A DNA stretch of 39,586 nucleotides from a virus (taxonomy: Duplodnaviria; Caudoviricetes), in the IMG/VR virus record IMGVR_UViG_3300026518_000025, positions 1 to 39,586 of that record; one strand, given 5' to 3'. The position numbers and the translations under genes were made by a program. Below are positions 26,821 to 36,133 of this stretch, piece after piece. The notes under the pieces were generated by a model that was not told the origin of the DNA, made no database searches, and saw nothing but the letters and a program-made list of their open reading frames with translations. The number at the start of each line of letters is the position of its first letter. Position 1 is the stretch's first letter.

Positions 26821-27240
26821 ATGGCATTCGGAAATTATTCTTTTACAAATGTAAATGTTATCTTCGGTATTCTTGAGATTCAAGGATTCGCTGAAGGTGA
26901 TGATGTTGTCAATATCACTTTTGATACTGATCAATTTGCAGATGTTGCAGGGGCTAAAGGTGATGTTACACGTGTTCAGACAAATGATAATCGTGCAACA
27001 TGTACTGTAAAGCTTTTACAAACATCACAGAGTTATAAAGAGCTTATGGCTTTATATAATTTAGATCGTGAAACAGGTGCTAATGTTTTACCATTAACAG
27101 TTATCAATAAAGAGACAGGTGAAACATTCGTTGGAAACAATGCTTGGATCAACAAATCTCCTGATGTTGTTCGTGGTCAAAATGCTAACGCTGTTGAATT
27201 CACATTTCGTACTGATTTTGGTACGATGGTTATTGTGTAG
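26821..27240 (+). CDS. Tail tube protein (DUF3277-like)
   Basis: YSF..V, IQGFAEGD, GAKGD, KLLQTS. Confidence 0.85.
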   Translation: MAFGNYSFTNVNVIFGILEIQGFAEGDDVVNITFDTDQFADVAGAKGDVTRVQTNDNRATCTVKLLQTSQSYKELMALYNLDRETGANVLPLTVINKETGETFVGNNAWINKSPDVVRGQNANAVEFTFRTDFGTMVIV

Positions 27241-27258
27241 GGCTTAATTGCTCTATAC

Positions 27259-27343
27259 AATAGATTAATGAAAGCATATATTACTTTTGAGTTCGTCCTT
27301 TTTAGTAATATGTGTTTTCATTAATCTATTCAAAAAGGACGAA
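27259..27343 (+). promoter_or_regulatory. 27-bp RNA hairpin whose loop is complementary to the chaperone RBS
   Basis: Arms 27259-27285/27304-27330 (25 Watson-Crick + 2 G-U pairs); loop TTCGTCCTTTTT (27292-27303) is the reverse complement of AAAAAGGACGAA (27332-27343). Confidence 0.7.
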
Positions 27344-27345
27344 AG

Positions 27346-27768
27346 ATGAAACAAGAAAGTAAAGTTATAAATGGTGTTACTTATAAAGTAACTACAATGG
27401 ACGCATTAACTGCATTAAGTGTACAAGCTAAATTAATTAAGATCTTAGGTAGTTCATTCGGTGAATTAAGTGGTGGTGCAACTCCTGAAACAATTAAAAT
27501 TGCAATATCTAAACTAACTGAAAATATGGATGATAAAAACGTTGTATCGTTAGTTTCAAAACTATTTGAAAAAAATGTGTTTTATGTTCAGGTTGCAGAA
27601 GGTCACCCTGTTGATAGACCTTTAGAATTCAACACGTATTTTTCAGGTAAAATTATGGATATGTGGCAGGTTGCTTTATTTATTCTTGAAGTTAACTTTG
27701 GTGACGTGCTAAAAAAGTTCGGGTTAAATTCTCTCTTCCAAGAGGCAAATCAGAGCCTAGAGAACTAA
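27346..27768 (+). CDS. Tail assembly chaperone (gpG-like)
   Basis: Between tube and tape measure genes; ends EVNFGD followed by a slippery site. Confidence 0.85.
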   Translation: MKQESKVINGVTYKVTTMDALTALSVQAKLIKILGSSFGELSGGATPETIKIAISKLTENMDDKNVVSLVSKLFEKNVFYVQVAEGHPVDRPLEFNTYFSGKIMDMWQVALFILEVNFGDVLKKFGLNSLFQEANQSLEN

Positions 27769-27932
27769 ACATAGATACATTTGTGTACCGACCAGTCTTG
27801 GAAGGATTATGTACATTAAATGAACTTAGAACGGTTTATAGCTTATCTGATCTTCACGATTTTCATGAAGCATTAAACTTAAAATTAGAAGCTGAACATT
27901 TATCAAATGAAGAAGCTAACCGTAAAAAGTGA
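27711..27932 (+). CDS. -1 frameshift extension of the tail chaperone (gpGT-like, 195 aa total)
   Basis: Slippery A AAA AAG at 27711-27717; -1 frame open to TGA 27930-27932 (…YRPVLEGLCTLNELRTVYSLSDLHDFHEAL…). Confidence 0.8.
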   Translation, partial: KKVRVKFSLPRGKSEPRELNIDTFVYRPVLEGLCTLNELRTVYSLSDLHDFHEALNLKLEAEHLSNEEANRKK

Positions 27933-27938
27933 TATAAT
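27924..27938 (+). promoter_or_regulatory. Class L-like promoter for the tape measure gene
   Basis: AAAAAGTGATATAAT. Confidence 0.6.
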
Positions 27939-27955
27939 ACTTTAAAGGATTTTCA

Positions 27956-29398
27956 ATGGCTGTTATTGATTCATTAGTTGCAAAACTTTCATTTGACTTT
28001 GATGGCAAAGGTCTTGAGAAATTCAATAAAGGTATGGAAGACGCTGGTAAAGCTATTGCAGTTGTTGCTACTGGAGCAGCAGCAGCCGGAGCAGCTATAT
28101 TTGCTTTTACTTCTAAAATTGCTGAACAAAATGATGAGTTAGGTAAAACAGCTCAACGTATCGGCATAACTTCACAAGCTTTAAATGAATTAGGTTTTGC
28201 TGCACAACTTAACGGGTCATCTACTAATGCGATGGCTTCATCATTAGAAAACTTAGCTAAGACATCATCTGAAGCTGCAAGAGGTTTAGGAGCAGGTGTT
28301 GAAGCATTTGGTTTACTTGGTGTAAGTGTTACTAATGTAAATGGTGATATTAAACAAGCTGATGATCTTCTTCTTGATGTTGCTGACGCAGTATCTCAAC
28401 TTAACTCACAATCTCAAAAGATAGAACTTCTAAATAAACTTGGTATAGATTCATCATTGTTATTAACTATTGAACAGGGTTCATCTGCTATACGTAAACA
28501 ACGCGAAGAGGTAGCAGCCTTAGGTTTTGTATTAGATAAAGACGCAACAGCTTCAGCAGCTAAATTCAATGACGAAATGTTAAGAGTTAAAACAGTTGTT
28601 TCAGGTGTTGCTTCATCTATTGGTACTAAGTTGATGAAACAAATAACACCATTGATAAATGCTTTTTTAGAATGGTTTAAAGTCAATAAAGAACTTATCA
28701 AACAAAATCTAAATGTATTTTTTGAAAAACTCACAAAAGCTATTACTGTATTATTTAATGTTGGTGTTAGAGTTGTGACAGTTGTTAATAAAATTATTGA
28801 AGCATTTGGTGGCTGGAAGGTTGCTTTGGGTGCTGTTGCTGTTGCAATGACTGCTTTAAATGCTAGAGTTTTATTATTACCTGTATTAATCCTTGCAGCT
28901 GGAGCAGCTATCTTTTTACTAATTGAAGATATTGTTTCTTTTGCAAATGGTGCCGATTCACAAATGGGTAAATTAGCTGAAAAATCTAAAACCTTTAAAA
29001 TCATTCTAGAAAGTCTTATTGAAGTATTTAAGATGGTTGGTGATGGGTGGAATTTAATTTTCACACAGGGTGAAGCAGCTTTAGAAGGATTGATGATTTT
29101 AATCAAAGATGTTGGTGCAACTATATTCAACTTCTTAATATCGCCATTAAATAAAGCTATTGATCTTTTAAATAATTTACCAGGTGTTGACATTACTCAA
29201 ATTCAACAAGCTCAAACTAATGGAGCTATTGGAACTTTAACTGGATCATCGTCTAGTATATCAAATAGTAATACAAACGATATAACTATCAATATAGATG
29301 GTGGTAATCCTGAACAAGTTAAACAAGCAGTATCTGAAGCATTAGGTGCTGAATTTAAAACAACCGAGTTGAATATGTCAACTCCTACAAGGTTCTAA
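27956..29398 (+). CDS. Tape measure protein
   Basis: Ala-rich helical 480 aa with hydrophobic segments; follows the chaperone. Confidence 0.88.
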   Translation: MAVIDSLVAKLSFDFDGKGLEKFNKGMEDAGKAIAVVATGAAAAGAAIFAFTSKIAEQNDELGKTAQRIGITSQALNELGFAAQLNGSSTNAMASSLENLAKTSSEAARGLGAGVEAFGLLGVSVTNVNGDIKQADDLLLDVADAVSQLNSQSQKIELLNKLGIDSSLLLTIEQGSSAIRKQREEVAALGFVLDKDATASAAKFNDEMLRVKTVVSGVASSIGTKLMKQITPLINAFLEWFKVNKELIKQNLNVFFEKLTKAITVLFNVGVRVVTVVNKIIEAFGGWKVALGAVAVAMTALNARVLLLPVLILAAGAAIFLLIEDIVSFANGADSQMGKLAEKSKTFKIILESLIEVFKMVGDGWNLIFTQGEAALEGLMILIKDVGATIFNFLISPLNKAIDLLNNLPGVDITQIQQAQTNGAIGTLTGSSSSISNSNTNDITINIDGGNPEQVKQAVSEALGAEFKTTELNMSTPTRF

Positions 29399-29399
29399 A

Positions 29400-29915
29400 A
29401 TGGGTATCGCACAATTAATATTTCGTAAAGGTAACTTCATAGGTGAGATTGAACTTGATGTTATTATAAATGAAACAACAAATACAAGCTCAACCATTAC
29501 ATCTAATCCTGTTGAGAATGGATCTGATGTAAACGATAACATTATAATCAACCCTATGACATTTAATATCTCTGGTGTTATATCTGATACAAAAGTAGCT
29601 CCCTTTGGCGGATTAAATACAATAAATAAATTCACAAAGGACTCAACACCATCAAAAGAAGGTTGGGAAGAGTTACTTGAATTACAAGCTGATAGAACAC
29701 CGTTTACATTAATTACAAATCTTAAGGCCTATGATAACGTTGTTATTGAAAATTTATCAGTAACACAAGACAAAGACTCTTCAAATTCTTTAAATTTTAC
29801 AGCTAATCTACGTGAGATTATTTTTGTAGGTAGTCAAGTATTAACTCCTGAACAATTTAATGAGGCAGATACAGCTGATCAAACTACCCCAAATGTTGAA
29901 GGTGGTTTAAAATGA
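29400..29915 (+). CDS. Baseplate / tube-initiator (Dit-like) protein
   Basis: ITSNPVENGS..ND motif, YDNVVI; synteny. Confidence 0.75.
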   Translation: MGIAQLIFRKGNFIGEIELDVIINETTNTSSTITSNPVENGSDVNDNIIINPMTFNISGVISDTKVAPFGGLNTINKFTKDSTPSKEGWEELLELQADRTPFTLITNLKAYDNVVIENLSVTQDKDSSNSLNFTANLREIIFVGSQVLTPEQFNEADTADQTTPNVEGGLK

Positions 29916-30199
29916 TTTTACCATTAAGTAATAATCCGTCGGAAAGTTTTAGTTTTAATATAAATGGTACTATTTTTAAATTTAGACAAATATGGAATAC
30001 TGAAGGTTTTTGGACTTTAGATATTTTAGATATAAATGATAATGCTTTTATATTTGGTGTTAAACTTGTAACTAAAACAAATTTATTGAATATGCACCCA
30101 GGTATTCCCTTTGATTTAAGAAGTGAAAGAGATAATGATCCATTGAGAAATGATTTAGATCAATTTGCTTTAAATATTTTGGATAAAGATAATGGCTGA
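29912..30199 (+). CDS. Small baseplate protein
   Basis: WN...FWTLDI, GVKLV..NLL pattern; synteny. Confidence 0.7.
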   Translation: MILPLSNNPSESFSFNINGTIFKFRQIWNTEGFWTLDILDINDNAFIFGVKLVTKTNLLNMHPGIPFDLRSERDNDPLRNDLDQFALNILDKDNG

Positions 30200-31064
30200 T
30201 TTTTTTAATAGAGAAGCTAGACTTATTGTTGGTGATCCAGGCATTGGTGGATTAGAAATAATAGATCTTAGAATATCTTTTAATGTTGAATTATCACTTG
30301 TTGGTTTTCCAAGTGTTGCATCAATCCAAGTTTATAACTTAAACAAATCTAATCGTAATAAGATTAAAGATGAGTTCACAAAGATTTTATTGTATGCAGG
30401 TTATGAAGGAAACACTTCTTTAATATTTACAGGTGATTTAATAAATGTTACTCATGAAAAATCAGGTCCTGATTGGATTACAAATTTGTTTTGTGGTGAC
30501 GCTATAAAAGCCATAAACAATTCAACTATTAATAAAACTTTACCAGCAGGTCAAACTACTGAAAGTATATTTGATGAACTTGTAAATGAGATGGAAGGTG
30601 TTACAAAGGGTGTAACTGAAGGTCTTAAAGATTGTATAACAAAGAAGAGATCATTGCTTCGTGGGTTGGTATTAGCTGGTAACGTTAAAGATTGGCTTGA
30701 TAAATTAGCTCAAAATTGTGGTTTTGATTATTCAATAAATAATGATGTTATAGAAACAACTGTTAAAAATAAACCATTAAATGATGATCCTATTTTAGAA
30801 GTTCGTCAAGATAATGGAATGATAGGATCACCTGAACTTACGGAGGTAGGTGTTAAAGTTAAATCATTAATGTTACCTCAATTAAAATTAGGAAGACGTA
30901 TTGAAGTCAAATCAATATCGGCTAAGATCAATATAGGTAACTTAGTGTTTAGAAAAGTTCCACCAACAATAGGTGAAGGTGTTTATCGTGCTGATAAGAT
31001 CCAACATGTGGGCGATACAAGAAGTAATGATTGGTTTACAAATATTGAGGCAAGGAAATTCTAA
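30192..31064 (+). CDS. Baseplate hub protein
   Basis: IQVYNL, LYAGY, GMIGSP, HVGDTR...W. Confidence 0.78.
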   Translation: MADFFNREARLIVGDPGIGGLEIIDLRISFNVELSLVGFPSVASIQVYNLNKSNRNKIKDEFTKILLYAGYEGNTSLIFTGDLINVTHEKSGPDWITNLFCGDAIKAINNSTINKTLPAGQTTESIFDELVNEMEGVTKGVTEGLKDCITKKRSLLRGLVLAGNVKDWLDKLAQNCGFDYSINNDVIETTVKNKPLNDDPILEVRQDNGMIGSPELTEVGVKVKSLMLPQLKLGRRIEVKSISAKINIGNLVFRKVPPTIGEGVYRADKIQHVGDTRSNDWFTNIEARKF

Positions 31065-31777
31065 TGGGTGGTACAGGTGATAGAAGAGCGAGCCTCGAGT
31101 CGGTACTCGTAACAGCAATAGAAACATACCTTAAAGACGTTCACACAATGCTACCTGGACAAATCATTAAGTTTGATCCTATAGCACAACTAGCTGACGT
31201 ACAGATACAACTTAAACGCAATATTGATGGTGAATTAGTAACTTTACCTGTATTGCCAGATATACCTGTTAGATTTTTAAAGAGTGGTGATTTTACAATA
31301 ACATTTCCATTAAAAGAAAAGGATGAGGTCGCTATTTACTTCATGGAAAGATCAATTGATAATTGGCTTGAAGATGGTGGTATACAATCACCTAATGATG
31401 TAAGACGTTTTGATCTATCTGACGCTTATGTTGTACCAATTTTATATTCACAGAAACAAAAGATTACAGATTTTGATCCTGACAATATGGTTATTAAAAG
31501 TACAAATGGTAATTCTAAAATAACTTTAAAAACTGATGGAACTATATTAATGGAGACAACGGCTAACACAGAAATAACAAGTGCTAAAACTATTATAAAT
31601 AATGATGTTGATATAAATGGTAACCTTAACGTTGATGGAACAATTGACGCAACGGGTACTATAACAGCACCTACGGTTTCAGGTTCATCATCACTTACCG
31701 TATCAGGTGTTGAGGTGGGTGGTCATATTCATGGTGGTGTAACAAGTGGTTCTGCAAGTACTGCACCATTAGCTTAA
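31064..31777 (+). CDS. Baseplate central spike
   Basis: N-terminal OB-fold pattern (PG.I..FD, RRFDLSDA), beta-helix repeats, C-terminal HIH metal motif. Confidence 0.85.
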   Translation: MGGTGDRRASLESVLVTAIETYLKDVHTMLPGQIIKFDPIAQLADVQIQLKRNIDGELVTLPVLPDIPVRFLKSGDFTITFPLKEKDEVAIYFMERSIDNWLEDGGIQSPNDVRRFDLSDAYVVPILYSQKQKITDFDPDNMVIKSTNGNSKITLKTDGTILMETTANTEITSAKTIINNDVDINGNLNVDGTIDATGTITAPTVSGSSSLTVSGVEVGGHIHGGVTSGSASTAPLA

Positions 31778-31793
31778 AAAACATGATATAATT
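31776..31793 (+). promoter_or_regulatory. Class L promoter for wedge and tailspike genes
   Basis: AAAAAACATGATATAATT. Confidence 0.75.
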
Positions 31794-31816
31794 AAACATT
31801 CGAAAAGGAGTAAGGT

Positions 31817-32176
31817 ATGGATTTGGCTTTAGATGGTACACACGATTTATTCGTAACTAACCAAGATCTTACTCTTACAACTGTTGAAACTGAAGTTATT
31901 CAAGATTTATCAATTAGGTTACAATTCATATTAAATGAATGGTTTTTAGATAATTCGATTGGTGTTCCATATCCTCAAATTATATTTGAAAAGAACACTA
32001 ATATTTCAACAGTTTATACAATTTTCAGAAATGAGATTAAAAATACTGACAATGTAAAAAGTTTAGAATCTTTAATTTTAACACCTGAAGCTAATAATAA
32101 AAAGCTTCTTATAACATTTAAAGTTATTCAAGATAATGGTTCATCAATTGAACAAACAATAAATTTAGGATTATAA
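31817..32176 (+). CDS. Baseplate wedge / sheath initiator (gp25-like)
   Basis: RL....NEWFLD...GVPY. Confidence 0.8.
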   Translation: MDLALDGTHDLFVTNQDLTLTTVETEVIQDLSIRLQFILNEWFLDNSIGVPYPQIIFEKNTNISTVYTIFRNEIKNTDNVKSLESLILTPEANNKKLLITFKVIQDNGSSIEQTINLGL

Positions 32177-32177
32177 T

Positions 32178-33332
32178 ATGGCATTTGGATTAACACTTGA
32201 TGGATTTAACCGTAAAAGATTAGCTGATATTAAAGCTGAAAAAGAAACGGCTTTTAAAGCTATATTTGGTGAAAATATAAATCTTAATCCTCAAAGTAAC
32301 TTTGGTCAGATCATAGGTATTGAGTCTGAAAGTGAAGCTTTAGTCTGGGAACTTGCAGAGCTTGTTTATAATGCTTTTTATCCTTCAACAGCTCAAGGTA
32401 TTCAACTATCAAATCTTGTAACACTTAATGGTATTGAGAGACGCGCCGCAACTAAATCTAAAGCTACTTTAACACTAACGGGTGTTGATGGAACGATCAT
32501 ACCTGCTGGGTCACTTGTAGCTATACCTAATAATACTGAACAGTTTTCTACTGATTTGGGTGTTGTTATATCTAGTGGTACAGCAACAGTTAATGCGACA
32601 GCCCTAAACGATGGACCTATAATCGCCTTATCAGGTTCAATCACTCAAATTGACACACCAATATTTGGATGGCAAACTGTTACTAATCCAAGCGACGCTA
32701 CTGAAGGAACTAATCAAGAAACTGATGCAGAGTTAAGGGATAGAAGATCTAAATCAACTCAGGCAGCTGGTCAAAACCTTGTCGACGCTTTATTTGGTCA
32801 ATTATCAAATTTAGATAATGTAACTTCGGCAAGAGTTATATCCAACGGAACAGGTTCAACAAGTGTTGAAGGAATACCTGCTCATCAATTTTTATCAATT
32901 ATTGAAGGTGGGACAAATTCAGATATTGCTGATACGATTTGGATTAATACACCACAAGGTATTTTATCTTATGGCGATATAACCGAACAAATAATAGATT
33001 CACAAGGCTTTCCACAAGATATTAAATTCTCAAGACCTATAAGTAAGGATATTTATTTTAAGGTTACTGTTACTACTGACGCAAATTATCCAGGTAGTGG
33101 TGATTTAGATATTACAGATAATATTGTTGAGTTTGGAAAAAGTGCTTATGAAATAGGTGAAGATGTTATATTAAGCCAATTCTATACACCTGTTAATGCA
33201 GTACCTGGTGTAATATCTATTGATATTAGAATAGGCTTTTCAGCAAGTCCAACAGGTACAACAAATCTTGTTCTAGCTTTTAATGAATTAGCTAATTTTG
33301 ATCAATTATTTGTACAGGTATTATCGTCATGA
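32178..33332 (+). CDS. Baseplate J-like wedge protein
   Basis: GTIIPAGS, ETDAELRDR, IEGG...IA..I. Confidence 0.9.
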   Translation: MAFGLTLDGFNRKRLADIKAEKETAFKAIFGENINLNPQSNFGQIIGIESESEALVWELAELVYNAFYPSTAQGIQLSNLVTLNGIERRAATKSKATLTLTGVDGTIIPAGSLVAIPNNTEQFSTDLGVVISSGTATVNATALNDGPIIALSGSITQIDTPIFGWQTVTNPSDATEGTNQETDAELRDRRSKSTQAAGQNLVDALFGQLSNLDNVTSARVISNGTGSTSVEGIPAHQFLSIIEGGTNSDIADTIWINTPQGILSYGDITEQIIDSQGFPQDIKFSRPISKDIYFKVTVTTDANYPGSGDLDITDNIVEFGKSAYEIGEDVILSQFYTPVNAVPGVISIDIRIGFSASPTGTTNLVLAFNELANFDQLFVQVLSS

Positions 33333-34009
33333 GAGATCTAGTACAACATGGTTTAAACCGTTTAGTATTTCAATTCAAACAAAGTGAAAAATTAAAAGGA
33401 TTTATAAATACACAGCTTGACAGTTATCAAGAGCTTGATAACACTTTAAATGATTTATTTGATGATAGATTATTGGATAATGCTGTTGGTAAACAACTTG
33501 ATGGTTTAGGTGAGATTTTAGGCTTACCAAGACCTTTATTGCCGATTGATGTTCTCAATGTATTCGGATTTTTAACAGATCCAACATCATTGTCATTTGG
33601 TGATATTAATAATCCTTCAGTTGGTGGTAACTTTGTTGATTTTGCAGCAACAAGACAAATAGCCGATGATGAAACATATAGAAAGTTATTAAGAGCGAAA
33701 GCTGTTATCAACAGAACATCTATGACTGTTGAAGAAACACTTGGCATGATTTCATTAATGTTTGATGGTGCTAGAGTTAGATACACTTTAACTGTTAATT
33801 TACAACCACAATACACAATTGAAAAAGTTTTAAACCCTTCAGAGATAGCTTTATTGGGATTACTACCAATATTAATAGGTCTTGGAAATATAAACTATAT
33901 AGCTATTGACGCTTTTGACGCTTTTGGTTTTTTAGGTGACTCTGACGCTAAAGGTTTCACTAGTATTAGTGATACATCACTTGGTGGCAATTTTGCTATC
34001 ATTATTTAA
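33329..34009 (+). CDS. Baseplate wedge protein (DUF2612-like)
   Basis: AVGKQLD.LG.I.G, FGF, DDETYRKLLRAK. Confidence 0.82.
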   Translation: MRDLVQHGLNRLVFQFKQSEKLKGFINTQLDSYQELDNTLNDLFDDRLLDNAVGKQLDGLGEILGLPRPLLPIDVLNVFGFLTDPTSLSFGDINNPSVGGNFVDFAATRQIADDETYRKLLRAKAVINRTSMTVEETLGMISLMFDGARVRYTLTVNLQPQYTIEKVLNPSEIALLGLLPILIGLGNINYIAIDAFDAFGFLGDSDAKGFTSISDTSLGGNFAIII

Positions 34010-34021
34010 AAGGAGATAAAA

Positions 34022-35866
34022 ATGGCTATTCCAACTAAAATACCAGAATGGGACACAACACAAGTAAACTCTGTTGAAGTTGATCAACAACATAAAGATG
34101 AGGGATGGTTAGCACCAGCAGGTGTTCCTGAAAAACCACCATTTCAATCTTTCAACTGGTGGCAAAATCTTGTCTACCAATGGGTTTTAAGATTTAAAAA
34201 TGTAACCGGTGGTCTTAATAATCTAACAGAGTTATTATCATTTGATGAAACTGTTGATGGAACAAGTGTTAATGTTAGAGGTTATTATACACCTAATGAT
34301 GAAGGTGGTGGAACTTTTAACTATGATTCTACTATTAATAAAAGTACAGCGAACGGTGGAACAATAATTGATCCATCAGTATCACTTGCATTACAGGGGA
34401 CAGGTGTAGGTAACGGTGTATGGGTTAGACAATATGAAGGTTCTGTTAATCCAAAATGGTATGGAGCAAGAGGTAACGCTTCGACAGATGACTCAGCAAT
34501 TATCCAAACAGTTTTTAATCTTCATCAAGTTGTTGATTTTACAAAGGCCACATACTTTATGAGTTCCACAGTAAGCCCTCAAGCAGGAAGTGTGATAAGA
34601 TTTAACGGTGCTCAATTGTTAGCAGATCCTGCTTTAACGACTCCACTATTTAAGGTTTTACCAGGAACTACAAACTGTAATATTTACGACATGAGATTAA
34701 ATGGTAATTTTAGTACAAACATTAATTATCTCTTAGATATTGTCAATTGTCAATTCAATAATTTTTATAATACATGGGTTGCTAATTGTGACATTGGTGT
34801 AAATTGTGGCGATCAATCTGATGATATAAATAGCGAAAACAACTTCTTTGGTTTAAATAACTTTGAGTGTGTTACAGTTCTTCAAACTCAAGGTCTAAAC
34901 ACACAAATATTTTTAAATGGTTGTATTGCAGTTGGAACAGATAACATAGCAACTTACGGTAAAACAACAAAAGCTATTATTAACAGAGGTGGAGCAATTA
35001 ATATAGAAAACGGTGCATGTCAAACCCCTAATTCAACAGGTGGATTTGTTTTTTATTTTGAACCAACTTCTTATTTATCTCAACCAAGTAATACTAATAT
35101 CTACGGAAAGATAACAGCTATTAATGTAGGTTTAGAGACAGCCGGTGCAATAGCAAAATCATTTGACAACGGGATAGCACCTGCAAATATAACAAAAGGC
35201 GCTTTAATAATTAATGCTTGTACAACTTTTACAACAAATAATACATTGCCATTAATTGAACTTGATGCAGGTTTTCAAGATATGCTAGATGTTAATTCTT
35301 GTAGATTTATATCACCGGCTCAAAGAACTGTTAGAAATATACTCATCAATAATAATACTTTGCCAGTTAATACTGATAAGATAACATGGTCAAATAACTT
35401 TTTAGGAGCAGTTGACGGTTGTACAGGTGGAATATTATTATATGAAACTGACCAAATTGTTTTAAATGCTACTGGCTTGACAAGTAATACATTAGTAAAT
35501 AATACATATCTAAGTTTGGTATGGGACACATTTTTATCTGGAGATAGACATCAATCTGACTTTGACGGCACAAGTTTTACAGTTCCAGCTGGAGGATTTA
35601 GTAATCTTAAAGTTGATGCTTATATCGAGCTTACTGAAAGTGCTGCGGCAATAACTGGTGTTGAATTAGAAATAGTTATTAATGGAACTAACATAGCAGT
35701 TAGAAACTTAACTCCAGGTTCAATCGGTGGAGTTGTTTATGCAAGTATTCAAGGTACATTAAAAAACTTAGTTGCTGGGGATGAAGTTAAAATAAGAGCT
35801 AAAACACATGGTGCTGGTGCAACTGGTACTGTTAATAGTACATTTAGAATATCAGCTACCGTTTAA
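34022..35866 (+). CDS. Tailspike / receptor-binding protein with pectate-lyase-like beta-helix
   Basis: Anchor EKPP...FNWWQN, RGYY...DEGGGTF, VNPKWYGARGN..TDD, Asn/Cys-rich beta-helix, C-terminal beta-sandwich. Confidence 0.82.
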   Translation: MAIPTKIPEWDTTQVNSVEVDQQHKDEGWLAPAGVPEKPPFQSFNWWQNLVYQWVLRFKNVTGGLNNLTELLSFDETVDGTSVNVRGYYTPNDEGGGTFNYDSTINKSTANGGTIIDPSVSLALQGTGVGNGVWVRQYEGSVNPKWYGARGNASTDDSAIIQTVFNLHQVVDFTKATYFMSSTVSPQAGSVIRFNGAQLLADPALTTPLFKVLPGTTNCNIYDMRLNGNFSTNINYLLDIVNCQFNNFYNTWVANCDIGVNCGDQSDDINSENNFFGLNNFECVTVLQTQGLNTQIFLNGCIAVGTDNIATYGKTTKAIINRGGAINIENGACQTPNSTGGFVFYFEPTSYLSQPSNTNIYGKITAINVGLETAGAIAKSFDNGIAPANITKGALIINACTTFTTNNTLPLIELDAGFQDMLDVNSCRFISPAQRTVRNILINNNTLPVNTDKITWSNNFLGAVDGCTGGILLYETDQIVLNATGLTSNTLVNNTYLSLVWDTFLSGDRHQSDFDGTSFTVPAGGFSNLKVDAYIELTESAAAITGVELEIVINGTNIAVRNLTPGSIGGVVYASIQGTLKNLVAGDEVKIRAKTHGAGATGTVNSTFRISATV

Positions 35867-36133
35867 TAAAGATTTAACCATTTTCCAAGACCAAACAACA
35901 TAAACTTTAGCACCTGCTTTAGCTAGTTGTTTGTGTCTAAACTTTTGGATCTTACTAGGTTCATGATCTTTACTTCTTTTAACTTCAAATAGATAAACAA
36001 CACCATTTTCAATATGTTCAATATCAGGATAACCTACTGGATCAGGACAATGTTTATATGTAAAAGAGTTCTTACGTTTCTTTAACTTTTTTATAATGTC
36101 TGATTGTATTGCTGATTCTAATTTATCTGCCAT
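35852..36133 (-). CDS. VRR-NUC family nuclease (PD-(D/E)XK)
   Basis: E..IQ, GYPDI, FEVK, S..Q, VVWS. Confidence 0.85.
   Translation of the reverse strand: MADKLESAIQSDIIKKLKKRKNSFTYKHCPDPVGYPDIEHIENGVVYLFEVKRSKDHEPSKIQKFRHKQLAKAGAKVYVVWSWKMVKSLLNGS

Noticed and set aside
28414-29193. 259-aa antisense ORF inside the tape measure gene
   Set aside because: Shadow frame of an Ala/Leu-rich gene; no RBS, promoter or motif.
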